Positions 1 through 10,008 of a stretch of 64,000 bases of DNA are shown here, piece by piece. Positions within the stretch are counted from its first letter, which is position 1. Every line of letters starts with the position of its first letter. A program made the translations under genes and the position numbers. The stretch spans positions 3,587 through 67,586 of the forward strand of contig CAZWAK010000020.1 of NCBI GenBank assembly GCA_964631865.1, given 5' to 3'. The notes under the pieces were generated by a model. The model was not told the DNA's origin, made no database searches, and saw only the letters and a program-made list of their open reading frames with translations. Source of the stretch: an uncultured Heliobacteriaceae bacterium. GTDB taxonomy: Bacteria > Acidobacteriota > Blastocatellia > RBC074.

Positions 1-1
1 C

Positions 2-169
2 GGCGTGCAGAATGTGTACTTCGAGAGCGAAGCGGCGGTGCAGGCGGTGCTGGATTTGAAAGCAGGCAAGCCCGTCGCCGACGTGATCCGCGATCCGGGC
101 TTTGTGATTCATCAAAGCAACCTGAACGAAATGTCCGCGAAGATGTGGGGCGCGCAGGTGAAGAAATAA
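2..169 (+). CDS. 3' end of a probable sugar ABC transporter substrate-binding protein (truncated by window edge)
   Basis: Open frame from 2 (GVQNVYFESEAAVQAVLDLKAG...MWGAQVKK) to TAA 167-169, directly upstream of permease/ATPase/permease genes. Product inferred from context. Confidence 0.6.
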   Translation, partial: GVQNVYFESEAAVQAVLDLKAGKPVADVIRDPGFVIHQSNLNEMSAKMWGAQVKK

Positions 170-170
170 A

Positions 171-262
171 CCATTTTCCATTCTCCATTTTTGATTTGTC
201 ATTGTGTTCCGGATTCCCGCCGCAATGACAAATGAGAAATGACAAGTGGAAAATGGAAAATG
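171..262. repeat. Inverted heptamer-repeat hairpin element (CCATTTT/TTTGTCA vs AATGACA/AAATGGA)
   Basis: Left arm 171-204, right arm 223-262. Perfect 11-bp core stem ATTTGTCATTG (194-204) / CAATGACAAAT (223-233). Confidence 0.85.
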
Positions 263-273
263 TCAGGATTCAA

Positions 274-1275
274 ATGGCTCAATCAGAAACGCAAATCCAG
301 GTAGAACACGCGACGCACAAAAGTGAACGGCAGCCGCGCTGGCGCGCGTTGGTTGCATCTGAATATCAAGTTTTGCTGCTCTGTCTGCTCTGGTTTCTCA
401 TCAGCCTGCCGTTCACGCCGGGACTGCTTTCGGCGGAAAACATCAGCAACATTTTCTCGAATCTTTTGCCGCTGCTGATTCTGGCGACGGGGCAAACGCT
501 CGTGCTGATTACGGGCGGCATTGATTTGTCGGTGACGTCGGTGATGGCGCTCAGCAGCGTGACGGGCGCAATGGTGATGAGTGGCGGCGAGGCGCGCGTG
601 ACGTTGCTCGGCGTAGCCGCGATGTTGCTCGTTGGCGCTGTCATAGGCCTGTGCAACGGGCTGGCGATCACGAAATTGCAAATGCCGCCGTTCATCGTCA
701 CGTTGACGGCGATGATGTTTTTCAGCGGTTTGGCAATCTGGCTGACGAAATCCAAAACGATTTACAACCTGCCGTCGTCGTTCAATGCCATCGGCAAAGG
801 CGCGTTGTGGTTCATCCCGTATGCGTTGCTCGTCACGGCGTTGCTCGTCGTCGCCGCGCACCTTCTGCTCACGCGCAGTCTGCTGGGGCGCTGGCTGTAT
901 GCGGTTGGATTGAACGTCAAAGCCGCGCGCATTTCCGGCGTGCCGGTTGAGCGCACGATGTTGGCGGCTTACATCCTCAGTGGTTTGTTCGCTGCTGTCG
1001 CGGCCATTTTGTACACCGGTCGTTTGGAAACCGGCTCGCCTGTGTTGGGGCAGCGGTTGTTGTTGGATGTCATCGGCGCAGCAGTCATCGGCGGCACAAG
1101 CCTGTTCGGCGGCAGAGGCAAAATCGCGTGGACGCTATACGGCGTGCTGTTTCTGACGCTGATTGATAACAGCCTAAACCTCGCCGGGCATTCGCATTTC
1201 ACGATCATGATGGTCAAAGGCAGCGTGATTTTGCTGGCGGCGTTGTTGGATGTGTTGCGGACGAAATTACGATGA
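274..1275 (+). CDS. Sugar ABC transporter permease (RbsC/BPD_transp_2 family)
   Basis: GQTLVLITGGIDLSV, AAVIGGTSLFGGRG motifs and multiple TM helices. Start moved to ATG 274 because the ORF-track start at 232 lies inside the repeat. Confidence 0.9.
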   Translation: MAQSETQIQVEHATHKSERQPRWRALVASEYQVLLLCLLWFLISLPFTPGLLSAENISNIFSNLLPLLILATGQTLVLITGGIDLSVTSVMALSSVTGAMVMSGGEARVTLLGVAAMLLVGAVIGLCNGLAITKLQMPPFIVTLTAMMFFSGLAIWLTKSKTIYNLPSSFNAIGKGALWFIPYALLVTALLVVAAHLLLTRSLLGRWLYAVGLNVKAARISGVPVERTMLAAYILSGLFAAVAAILYTGRLETGSPVLGQRLLLDVIGAAVIGGTSLFGGRGKIAWTLYGVLFLTLIDNSLNLAGHSHFTIMMVKGSVILLAALLDVLRTKLR

Positions 1276-2753
1276 ATCCTCTCCTGGAATGTTCTCAAAT
1301 TGAGAAGCGATATTTCGGCGTCTCCGTGTTGCGCGGCGTCAATCTGGCGCTCGCGCCGGGGCGTGTGCTGGGTTTGGTGGGGGAAAACGGCGCGGGCAAA
1401 TCCACGTTGATGAATATTCTGGGCGGCGTTGTGCCAGCGGATGGCGGCACAATGCGATTCGCAGGCGAAGCTTACACGCCGCAAACACCGGCTGATGCGA
1501 CGCGGCGCGGCGTGGCGTTTGTGCATCAGGAATTGAATCTCTTCACGAATTTGAGCATCGCGGAAAATCTGTTTCTGCCCTATCTGCCGCGCCGCAAAAC
1601 GATGCACACGAAAGCCGCCGAATTGCTGGCGGCGGTGAATCTCAACATCGCGCCGGACACGCTCGTGGAAAGCCTCTCGCCGGGCGAACGGCAGTTGGTC
1701 GAAATTGCGAAAGCGTTGGGGCAGGACGCGCGCTTGATGATTTTTGACGAACCGACAACTTCGTTGACGAGCCGCGAAACCGAGCGATTGTTTACGTTGA
1801 TCGAACGGCTGCGCGCGCAGGGCATCGCGGTGATTTATATCTCGCATGTGCTCGCAGACATCTTTCGCCTCTGCGATGAACTGTTGGTCTTGCGCGATGG
1901 CGAAGTCGTAGCGGCGGGCGGCAAAGACGAATTCACGCCGGAATCATTGATTACGTTGATGGTCGGGCGCAGCTTGTCGCAACTCTATCCGCCGCGACAA
2001 ATGAACCCGGCAAACGAAACCGCGCTCGCGGTCGAAGCCGTCTCGCAACCGGGCGTGCTGGAGGATGTCAGCTTCACGTTGCAACGTGGCGAAGTCCTGG
2101 GCATCGCAGGCTTGATGGGCGCGGGCCGCACCGAACTCGCGCGCGTTCTCTTCGGCCTTGATCCGTGTGCGCGCGGCAGTATCAAGCTGAACAGTGCAGA
2201 AATTCGGCATCGCTCGACGCGCGAACGCATTCAATTTGGCATGGCGTTGCTCACCGAAAACCGCCGCGAAGAAGGTTTGCTGATGGATGCCGGGATCGCC
2301 GACAACATCGCGCTGGCGGCGCTCGCAGGATTTACGAACAAAGGCTGGATCGCTTCGGCGCGGCTGAACGAAGCCGTGAGCGAAGCTGTCGCCGCTGTGC
2401 AAATCAAAGGTGCAAGCCGCGCGGAGCAAGCCGTGCGCACGCTCAGCGGCGGCAATCAACAAAAGGTCGTGCTGGCAAAATGGCTGCTGCAAAAACCGTC
2501 GGTCTTCATCCTCGACGAACCGACACGCGGCGTAGATGTCGGCGCGCGCGCGGAGATTTATCGCCTCATCAATCGGCTCACGGAACAAGGCGCGGGTGTG
2601 TTGTTCATTTCGTCCGAGATTGAAGAATTGATCGGGATGTGCGACCGCCTGCTGGTGATGCGACAAGGCACAATCACGGCGCATTTTGCGCGCGCGGAAT
2701 TTGACCGTGAACACATTCTGAGCGCGGCACTGCACGGAGGAACAAAGGTATGA
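1272..2753 (+). CDS. Sugar ABC transporter ATP-binding protein (RbsA/MglA type, two NBDs)
   Basis: Walker A GENGAGKST, LSPGERQ, second LSGGNQQK, DEPTRGVDVGA. ATGA overlap with the upstream gene. Confidence 0.95.
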   Translation: MNPLLECSQIEKRYFGVSVLRGVNLALAPGRVLGLVGENGAGKSTLMNILGGVVPADGGTMRFAGEAYTPQTPADATRRGVAFVHQELNLFTNLSIAENLFLPYLPRRKTMHTKAAELLAAVNLNIAPDTLVESLSPGERQLVEIAKALGQDARLMIFDEPTTSLTSRETERLFTLIERLRAQGIAVIYISHVLADIFRLCDELLVLRDGEVVAAGGKDEFTPESLITLMVGRSLSQLYPPRQMNPANETALAVEAVSQPGVLEDVSFTLQRGEVLGIAGLMGAGRTELARVLFGLDPCARGSIKLNSAEIRHRSTRERIQFGMALLTENRREEGLLMDAGIADNIALAALAGFTNKGWIASARLNEAVSEAVAAVQIKGASRAEQAVRTLSGGNQQKVVLAKWLLQKPSVFILDEPTRGVDVGARAEIYRLINRLTEQGAGVLFISSEIEELIGMCDRLLVMRQGTITAHFARAEFDREHILSAALHGGTKV

Positions 2754-3730
2754 CGCGCTCGCCAAGCTTTGTGCCTGCGTTGTTGCGCCACGCGCCATGG
2801 CTGTTGTTCATCGCCGTGCTCGCGGTTTTCAGTTTGCTTGCGCCGCGTTTTCTGGCGGGCAACAATTTCCTCAACATCCTCGTGCAATCCGCCGCGACGA
2901 CGATTGTGGCGACGGGAATGACGTTTGTGTTGCTCACGGCGGGCATTGATCTGTCGGTCGGTTCCGTGATGTTCGTCGCGGCGGCGTTGGCAGGCAAATT
3001 GGTCTTGAACGGGCAACCGTTGTGGCTGGCTTGCGGGGTGATTTTACTGACCGGCGTCTTGTATGGCGCAGTCAACGCGCTGTTCATTACGCGGCTGCGT
3101 GTCATCCCGTTCATTGTCACGCTGGCGACGCTGTATTTCGGGCGCGGCTTGGGATTGTGGATTACAGAAACGCGCGCGATGAATTTGCCGGATTCCATCT
3201 TGCGCATCGGCACGGCCAGCCTCGCAGGCATTCCGTTCCCTGCCTTGATGCTCGTAGTTGTCGTCGTCATCGCGCACATCGTGCTGACACGCACGTCGTT
3301 CGGTCGCCAGATTTATGCGCTCGGCAATGACGCCGATGCGGCGCGCAAGGCGGGCATTCGCGTCGGGCGCATTCAATTCGCCGTGTATGTCATCAGCGGC
3401 GGCTGCGCGGCGCTCGGCGGACTTGTCTCCATCGCGCAACTCGGCGCGGTCTCTCCAACGTTCGGCAATCAACGCGAATTTGCCGCGATTGCGGCGGCAG
3501 TGCTGGGCGGCGTGAGTTTGTTCGGCGGCAGAGGCGCGGTGTTGCCAGGGATATTGCTCGGCGCGTTGCTGATTCAAACGATTGAAAATGGTTTGGTGAT
3601 CGCCAACGCCGATCCGTACCTCTATCCGTTGGTGATGAGCGCAATCATCTTTGTGGCGGTGCTGGTCGACAGCTTGCGCAACCGGCAACTGCAACGCGCG
3701 CAACGCCGCAAGGTGCGCGCGGCGGCATAA
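2750..3730 (+). CDS. Sugar ABC transporter permease (RbsC family)
   Basis: GMTFVLLTAGIDLSVGS and AAVLGGVSLFGGRG motifs. Confidence 0.9.
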   Translation: MTRSPSFVPALLRHAPWLLFIAVLAVFSLLAPRFLAGNNFLNILVQSAATTIVATGMTFVLLTAGIDLSVGSVMFVAAALAGKLVLNGQPLWLACGVILLTGVLYGAVNALFITRLRVIPFIVTLATLYFGRGLGLWITETRAMNLPDSILRIGTASLAGIPFPALMLVVVVVIAHIVLTRTSFGRQIYALGNDADAARKAGIRVGRIQFAVYVISGGCAALGGLVSIAQLGAVSPTFGNQREFAAIAAAVLGGVSLFGGRGAVLPGILLGALLIQTIENGLVIANADPYLYPLVMSAIIFVAVLVDSLRNRQLQRAQRRKVRAAA

Positions 3731-3949
3731 ATTGAACCGGAGCCGCAACGTTGCGCCGCTTGCACTCTCGTTACCAGATGCCAGGGCGACCATTGCGGCT
3801 TTTTGTCAGGCTAAGTTATGATGCGTCCGAAAAATTTGCGTCACGACAAAAAATTGTGACAAATCAAGCAACCGCAATAATAAAGGTGGCATCCCAGACG
3901 GCGCGCAAGGATCGCAAGTAGTTCATTTCATTTGTTTCGCGAGTTGCCT

Positions 3950-4606
3950 ATGTCGTCTGTCTCAATCACTGCTTCCAGGCCTGTCTTTGGGATGCCCGCC
4001 GCTAAGAGCGCTTCTGTAGCGCGAGCAAACGTGATGGTGGGAACAACCACAACGAACCCGGCGGTGCCGGATTTCGAACTGACACAGGCTGCCTCCAAGG
4101 GCGATATGACTGCGTTCGAGACGTTATACGAACGCCACTATCGCCGCGTCTACAGCTTATGCTTACGCATGCTGGCCAACGCGACCGAAGCCGAAGACTT
4201 AACGCAGGAAGTTTTTGTGCAGCTTTTCCGCAAGCTCGGCAGCTTTCGCGGCGAATCGCAATTCACGACCTGGCTGCATCGGTTGACAGTCAATCAAGTC
4301 CTGATGCACTTCCGCAAAAAAGGCGTGAAGTTGGAAAAGACGACGGAAGAAGGCGACGAGTTGAATGACATCGTCCAAATGGGCACCGAACGACCGAGTT
4401 CGATGCCGGTCGTGGATCGCATTGCGCTGGACGATGCCATCGCGCAATTGCCGCCGGGCTATCGGTCGGTCTTTGTGCTGCACGATGTCGAAGGCTACGA
4501 ACACGAAGAAATTGGAAAGTTACTGGGAGTAAGCGTGGGCACGTCCAAATCGCAACTCCACAAAGCTCGGATGAAATTACGTGGCTTGTTAACGAAAAAA
4601 CTATAA
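3950..4606 (+). CDS. ECF sigma-70 factor
   Basis: Region 2 (AEDLTQEVF...[13 protein letters not shown]) and region 4 ([41 protein letters not shown]). Start uncertain (3932, 3950 or 4033). Confidence 0.92.
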   Translation: MSSVSITASRPVFGMPAAKSASVARANVMVGTTTTNPAVPDFELTQAASKGDMTAFETLYERHYRRVYSLCLRMLANATEAEDLTQEVFVQLFRKLGSFRGESQFTTWLHRLTVNQVLMHFRKKGVKLEKTTEEGDELNDIVQMGTERPSSMPVVDRIALDDAIAQLPPGYRSVFVLHDVEGYEHEEIGKLLGVSVGTSKSQLHKARMKLRGLLTKKL

Positions 4607-4674
4607 CGTCCTTTGCAATGTACGAAGGACCGTAGAGTACGAACTCAGCAAAACTATGAGAGAGGAAAATCAGT

Positions 4675-5343
4675 ATGGAATGTCGTGTTGTTATCAGTTC
4701 TCTGTCTGATTACCTTGATGGTTCACTGGCCAACCAAGAGATTCAGTCCATCGAAACCCACCTAAGCCATTGCGCCCCTTGCGACACCGTCAAAGCCGAT
4801 TTATCGCAGATTTGTCTGGCCGCGAAGGAATTGCCGTTGCGCACGCCGCCGCGCGCGTTGTGGGCACGGATTCAAAACGAAATCGAGTTGGAGGCGGCAG
4901 GGCCGGGAAAGCAGACCGAAAAAAAAGCCCGCAAGGCGAGTTGGTGGAAAAGCCTGAGCGAGCGCCGCTTTACCTTCACATTACCCCAACTGGCCGGAGC
5001 CAGCGCGTTGGCGTTTTCGTTGATGGTCTTCGGGATGTATCACGCCCTGCACCGCGACCCGACCGTGGCGACGGAAGCCGCCGCCAGTGCGCTGTCGCCG
5101 CTGGAGACCGAGATGCAGTCGAAGATTCAACAAAAGGCGAACTTCCTCAACACTCGTCGCCAGGCGTGGAATCCAGAGATTAGAACGGTGTATGATACCC
5201 ATCTGCAACGCATTGACAGTTCGCTCAATCGCGTGCGGCAAACGCTGGTCACGATGCGCGATCAGGATCAGCAAAAAATGTTGATGGATTTGTACAACGA
5301 GAAACTCCAACTCATGGAAGATTTCGAGAAAATTGAGAAGTGA
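4675..5343 (+). CDS. Zinc-finger anti-sigma factor (zf-HC2) with single TM helix
   Basis: LSDYLDG...HLSHCAPC (HxxxCxxC) and a TM segment, immediately after the ECF sigma. Confidence 0.85.
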   Translation: MECRVVISSLSDYLDGSLANQEIQSIETHLSHCAPCDTVKADLSQICLAAKELPLRTPPRALWARIQNEIELEAAGPGKQTEKKARKASWWKSLSERRFTFTLPQLAGASALAFSLMVFGMYHALHRDPTVATEAAASALSPLETEMQSKIQQKANFLNTRRQAWNPEIRTVYDTHLQRIDSSLNRVRQTLVTMRDQDQQKMLMDLYNEKLQLMEDFEKIEK

Positions 5344-5346
5344 ATT

Positions 5347-6054
5347 ATGCCGGGAAAAAACCTGTTGTTTAGTTTGGTGTTGTCGGCTGGCTTGAGCGCG
5401 GTCGCCCCTGCTCAGGATTTCAGCAAATCGTTCAAGGTCTTGCCCGATTCCGGGTCGCTGGAAATCAAAACCAAAATGGGGTCGGTGACGGTCGTTCCAG
5501 CCGAAGGCAATACGATTCAAGTATTGGCCAGACGCGCGGGGAACAGCGTGACGGCGTCGCAACCTTCGCCGCAAGGCAAGGTTCATGTCGAAGTCACCAG
5601 TGACGCACCCGTTGACCTCATCGTCAATGTTCCATCCAGCACGTCTTTGGATGTGTTTTGTGTGAAATGTTCGGGCGGCGTGATCGTGCGCGGCTTGCGC
5701 GGAGCCATCAAGGTCAATAACACAGATGGTGACATTCAATTGACCGGGCTTCGCAGCTCGCAGGTCGAAGCCCGTAGCATGAGCGGGAACGTCAGCTACA
5801 GCGGTGAAGTGCTTCCCAGCGGCAGCTATTATCTGAAATCCTTTTCAGGTCGCGTGGACGCTGCCTTGCCAGCGGGAGCCAAATTCAAACTGGATGCGAC
5901 GTCTGGGCGTGGCGGCATTGAACTCGCGCCGGGCGAGTTTCAGTTAACCGTGCATAAGCAAACATCCCACTTAGTCCAGGGATTGGTAGAGTCAGCCACT
6001 GCGACCGTAACCTTATGGACGCAGGATGGCAGCATTCGAGTGCGTAAGAAATAA
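5347..6054 (+). CDS. Secreted DUF4097/adhesin-like beta-repeat protein
   Basis: Signal peptide and repeated beta motifs (GAIKVNNTDGDI, ARSMSGNV, LKSFSGRV, DATSGRGGI). Third gene of the sigma/anti-sigma operon. Confidence 0.7.
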   Translation: MPGKNLLFSLVLSAGLSAVAPAQDFSKSFKVLPDSGSLEIKTKMGSVTVVPAEGNTIQVLARRAGNSVTASQPSPQGKVHVEVTSDAPVDLIVNVPSSTSLDVFCVKCSGGVIVRGLRGAIKVNNTDGDIQLTGLRSSQVEARSMSGNVSYSGEVLPSGSYYLKSFSGRVDAALPAGAKFKLDATSGRGGIELAPGEFQLTVHKQTSHLVQGLVESATATVTLWTQDGSIRVRKK

Positions 6055-6057
6055 CAA

Positions 6058-6096
6058 AGCGTGTACGGCGGAACATCTTGCCCTGCCGTACACGCT
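6058..6096. terminator. Hairpin between convergent genes (probable bidirectional terminator)
   Basis: Perfect 12-bp IR AGCGTGTACGGC (6058-6069) / GCCGTACACGCT (6085-6096). Confidence 0.65.
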
Positions 6097-6120
6097 CTTT
6101 CGCTACTCTCTCTTTCGCCA

Positions 6121-8559
6121 TTATCCGCCCATCTGCGCCGCGACTTCCTGCATTCTTGCCTTGACGCCGCGGTACTGCACATCAATCGCATAAATTTCCG
6201 CGAACGTTTCGTAGGCGTCTTTGAATTCGCCCATCGCGGCGTACGCTTCGGCCAAATCGTACCGCAAGGCTTGATAGGCCCCCTCATCGCGCAGCGGAGC
6301 CTCCAGGGCTTTTTTGAGCCACACGACCGCCAGACGCGGCAGTCCTTTTTGTGCAAAGCAAAACGCAAGCATGTTGCAGCACGAAACATAATGCGTATGG
6401 GCTGGATCGCTCATAATCGCCTTGAACGCCTGTTGGAACTCTTCAATGGCCTCATCGAACATATCCATTTCCTTGTAGGCCAGCCCCAAATTGTAATGCG
6501 TGTCGAAGTCTTCCTGCGGGTTGTGCTGTTCGGTTTCTGCTTTGAATTCATCCAGGAAATCCAGCAACTCACCCATCTCGTCGCCGGCAAACAAATCGAA
6601 TGAATTACCGGCAGGAGAGGCCGATGGCGCGGGCGTGGATGGCGCTTCCGACCACGCGACGGCGGGCGTCTCGGACAATGAGTTTGTCGAGATGTTCGGC
6701 GTAGAATGGCGCGGTTGCGTCACGAGAATTGTCGCCTCTTCGGCGTCTTGGGCAGGCGGCGAAGCAAGGTAGCCGGTGGCAACGTCTTGCAAACCGAACG
6801 AACTCACGGCGGGCACTTCGGGAACGATTTGTACTTCCGTTGCCACGACCGCCTGGGAGTCCAGAGAAATCGCTTCGACGACGTCAATTTGTTGGTCGGG
6901 CGCAAGAACGGTTTGCGCGTTTTGGGCCTCCGCTTGTTGCAGTTGGGCCAATTTGGCTTTGACTTCAGGAGCCTGTGGATATTGTGCCGCAATGGATTCG
7001 AGCGTGTAGCGCGCCACATCCAGCATCCCTTGATACAGATAAAAATCTACGCTCTCCAACTCATCCCGCAAATTCGCTGTAGACGAACCGGCCACTGCGA
7101 CGTCCACGGCCTCCGGCACGACGCTGAAAGAAGGAACTTCCGTTTGCACTTCCATCGCCTGGTCAGACGAGTGTGCATCCCAGGCACCTTGCGGCTCAGT
7201 ACGCGACTCAGCCCCCTGAGTGGCCTCTTCCGCTAGAACGGAATAGCGAGAGACGTCGGCGGTCGCTTCGGGCTGCAACTCCTGGAAGGTTGAAGGCTCG
7301 TCTTCCGACTGATCCCAAAAATCCATGCCAGCGTTCGACGCGCTGGGACGTTCATACCCTGCCCCATACGATTCGGAGGGCGGCTCTGCCTCTTCTCCCA
7401 CCAATTGGCGCAACCGCCGTCGGTGTTGAATTTCATCCGGCTCCAATTCGAGCAGCCGTTTGAGGGCGCTGACGGCGGCGGGTTCGCTGCCCGTTTGTAG
7501 AGCGGCGTCTGTAAGCAAGTTGAGCGTCTCGACCAGCAAATGATCGTCGTGCGTGTGTTCATACACTGCCGCGAGCCGTGTCAGCGCGCCCAGATGTTGC
7601 GATTCGACGGCCAGGACATCGCGGAGCAATTGGGCGGCTTTTTCTTCTTCCCGATATTCGTACAGAATTTCCACGACCCGATCAAAGACGCGCAACGCGC
7701 CCATCGCATCGTGTCGCTGCACATAGGAATGACTGAGGTCTAACGCATACTGATAGCGTGAGCGCGCGGTGTGGAGCATTTTCTCAATCGTTGTCTCTGC
7801 CGCTTCCAGTTTCTGTGCCGACTGATAAATGCGCGCCAACAGCGTCAGCAACTCGGCGTCGTTTGGTCGTTCCTGCAGCAGCCCTTCGATCAACTCGACA
7901 GCGCTTCCGGTCTCTTCTCGTTCGAGGTACAAATTCACTGCCGAAGCCAGCGCCGCCTGTCCACGTGGCTGCGCTTTGATGGCGCGCAGATACGTTTGCA
8001 GCGCCTCCTGCTCTTTGTTTTGCCGCCGCATCTCGCCCGCCGCCAGCAGGAAGGTGTCGTACGCCTTGTCGTTTTGATTTTCGCGCAGGAACGCTTCGGC
8101 CAGCTTGATTTGCACAGCCGTGTTTTCAGGATCGAGGTCGGCAATTTTCTGATAAATCTCCAGCGCCTGTTGGCTCTGGCCTTCGCGGATGTAATGCTCT
8201 GCCACACTCAAGTATTGATGCCGTGCGTCTACGATCAATTTCTGCTGCGCATATAACCCCGCCAGCTTCAGCGACACGTTAATGTTGCCGCTGTCGAGTT
8301 TGCTGACCTTTTTCAGCATGGCGATGGCCTTGAGGTAAAAACCGCTGACCCGATAATGCTCGGCGATGTGCATGAAGCTGGCAATGGCTTCGCTCGTTTG
8401 CCCGACTTTCACGTACAAATCACCGAGTGTGTTGAGGGTGGTCACGTCGGAAGGATCGGCCTGCGCGATTTGGCGATATTCTTCAATCGCCGATTGATAT
8501 TTCCCTTGCTGAACGTATTTGGAGGCTGTCTTGAGTGCTTTGGCTTTATTGAATGACAT
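6121..8559 (-). CDS. Large TPR protein (N-terminal TPR array, acidic linker, C-terminal TPRs; SgmX-like architecture)
   Basis: Start MSFNKAKALK at ATG 8559. TPR repeats such as TLNTLGDLYVKVG and C-terminal THYNLGLAYKEMDMFDEAIEEFQQA. Confidence 0.85.
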   Translation of the reverse strand: MSFNKAKALKTASKYVQQGKYQSAIEEYRQIAQADPSDVTTLNTLGDLYVKVGQTSEAIASFMHIAEHYRVSGFYLKAIAMLKKVSKLDSGNINVSLKLAGLYAQQKLIVDARHQYLSVAEHYIREGQSQQALEIYQKIADLDPENTAVQIKLAEAFLRENQNDKAYDTFLLAAGEMRRQNKEQEALQTYLRAIKAQPRGQAALASAVNLYLEREETGSAVELIEGLLQERPNDAELLTLLARIYQSAQKLEAAETTIEKMLHTARSRYQYALDLSHSYVQRHDAMGALRVFDRVVEILYEYREEEKAAQLLRDVLAVESQHLGALTRLAAVYEHTHDDHLLVETLNLLTDAALQTGSEPAAVSALKRLLELEPDEIQHRRRLRQLVGEEAEPPSESYGAGYERPSASNAGMDFWDQSEDEPSTFQELQPEATADVSRYSVLAEEATQGAESRTEPQGAWDAHSSDQAMEVQTEVPSFSVVPEAVDVAVAGSSTANLRDELESVDFYLYQGMLDVARYTLESIAAQYPQAPEVKAKLAQLQQAEAQNAQTVLAPDQQIDVVEAISLDSQAVVATEVQIVPEVPAVSSFGLQDVATGYLASPPAQDAEEATILVTQPRHSTPNISTNSLSETPAVAWSEAPSTPAPSASPAGNSFDLFAGDEMGELLDFLDEFKAETEQHNPQEDFDTHYNLGLAYKEMDMFDEAIEEFQQAFKAIMSDPAHTHYVSCCNMLAFCFAQKGLPRLAVVWLKKALEAPLRDEGAYQALRYDLAEAYAAMGEFKDAYETFAEIYAIDVQYRGVKARMQEVAAQMGG

Positions 8560-8754
8560 CGGCTTCGCCTGCTTGGTTGAGAGGTTTGCTGGTGGGTTGA
8601 AATTTCGTAGGAACAAACGCGAGGCGGGACCAACCGCGCGCAACATAGCACTAGGCTCAACGCCTTGTCAATCTGAAGTTTTGAGCAGACGGTTGCAGAG
8701 TTGTGACAAGCCGATGAACAGGTCAAGTTGACTGAAAATCCAGCGCCGCAACGG

Positions 8755-9321
8755 TCATTTGACCGGGAACGACAGAGCCTTGAAGCCAGCGCCGCGTTTG
8801 AATTCCACACTCGTTTTGTGGTTGGCAGCTTTCAGCAGCACTTGATTGACTTGATCCTCGAACAGTTCAAAAAACACGCGCTGGCGGAGTTGCGTGCCCG
8901 CCAAGCCTTCCGGCAGTTTGGCTTCGACGTACAACAAGGCTACATCGGCTTTCGGCTCCATCCCAATCCACGTCAGTTTTTTGACTTGTCCGCGGCTGCC
9001 TTTGAGTTCGACGGTTTCGCGCAGATACATCGCGATCAACGCAGGCGCATCTTTGTGATCAAGCTTGACCGCTTTGCCGCGGCGTTGGCTGAGCGCGGCT
9101 TCTAAATCGTTGGCAAAGACGCGCACCGTGATTTCCGCCGTCTTTGCCGCCGCGTTGTATTCAATCTGCGTGAAGCTGACGTGAAATTTGTGGGCAGCGG
9201 CAGGGAAAAAAAGAAGAAGGGGCAGGGAAAAGGGGAGAAGATGAGACAGGAGATGCCGCCAAGCGATCTCCCTATCTCCCCGTCTCCCTTTCTCCCCCTC
9301 TCCCCTTCTCGCAAACTTCAT
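8755..9321 (-). CDS. Exported protein resembling DUF6702 family
   Basis: Signal peptide ending AAA, then HKFHVSFTQIEYN...ITVRVFANDLEAAL...FFELFEDQVNQV. Start placed at ATG 9321; the longer ORF to 9684 looks non-coding. Confidence 0.7.
   Translation of the reverse strand: MKFARRGEGEKGRRGDREIAWRHLLSHLLPFSLPLLLFFPAAAHKFHVSFTQIEYNAAAKTAEITVRVFANDLEAALSQRRGKAVKLDHKDAPALIAMYLRETVELKGSRGQVKKLTWIGMEPKADVALLYVEAKLPEGLAGTQLRQRVFFELFEDQVNQVLLKAANHKTSVEFKRGAGFKALSFPVK
9202..9310. repeat. Inverted octamer-repeat element (TCTCCCNN x5.5 vs purine-rich arm) inside a CDS 5' end
   Basis: 9267-9310 reads TCTCCCTA TCTCCCCG TCTCCCTT TCTCCCCC TCTCCCCT TCTC. A degenerate complementary GGGAGA-type arm lies at 9202-9253. 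Confidence 0.75.
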
Positions 9322-9567
9322 TACCAACCTCACTCCTGATTGCCGCCCGTAGGTGGTGGCGTTTTTTTCTCCGGCTGATTTCCGCTGGGATGCGCCTCTC
9401 TTCTTTTGTGCTGTCGCCGCCTTCAATCGCCGGATTATAGAGAAATTTTTTCGGTCGCGCGAGGCGGCGCGGGCTTGACTTAGGCGTAGGGAAGGAAAGT
9501 AAACTGACGCTATCATCTCGCGCGGAAGAGCAACTATCGAAACGGTCTCAGGATGGAGTAAGCCCCG

Positions 9568-9978
9568 ATGCAAACACTGGATTACAGATGTACGGACGCG
9601 GCGAAGATCGAAAGCTTTTACGAGGCGATAGATTTTCCGACGGAAGAAGAGTGGTTGGAGGTGCTGGAAATCAGCTTGCCGCAATCGCCCCGGCTGCCGC
9701 CGACCACCTCAGCGGCAGTGAATGCGACGTCGCGCGATTTGGCCCAGCACTGGCAGAATCTGAATGGTCTGACGTCGCCGCCACTGCGCCCGGAAAAGGA
9801 CGAGCATTATCTGGCGTCATGGCTCGAAGACCCGGTGTCGCATCGAGCCATGACGGTCGAGCCGGACTTTCTCGCGGCGCTGGTTACATTTTTGATGGAG
9901 CGTCTGACCTTGCGCCTGCACGAAGTTTCGGACGTGCAGTGCCAACTGATGGAGGAGTTGGCAAAGCTCAAACGCTGA
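9568..9978 (+). CDS. Hypothetical protein
   Basis: 136-aa ORF with genome-like codon usage, co-oriented 30 bp upstream of the ferritin-like gene. No motif recognised. Confidence 0.6.
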   Translation: MQTLDYRCTDAAKIESFYEAIDFPTEEEWLEVLEISLPQSPRLPPTTSAAVNATSRDLAQHWQNLNGLTSPPLRPEKDEHYLASWLEDPVSHRAMTVEPDFLAALVTFLMERLTLRLHEVSDVQCQLMEELAKLKR

Positions 9979-10008
9979 CCCGCTTTTTTAATTACGGAGT
10001 ACACAACG

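Noticed and set aside
3836-3894. Imperfect IR (GTCAC...GTGAC) and possible ECF promoter GCAACC-N15-GCATCC
   Set aside because: Too short and degenerate to support without a cognate ECF consensus.
9322-9684. N-terminal extension of the DUF6702-like ORF
   Set aside because: It overlaps the divergent 9568 gene, is low-complexity, and precedes a better signal-peptide start at 9321.
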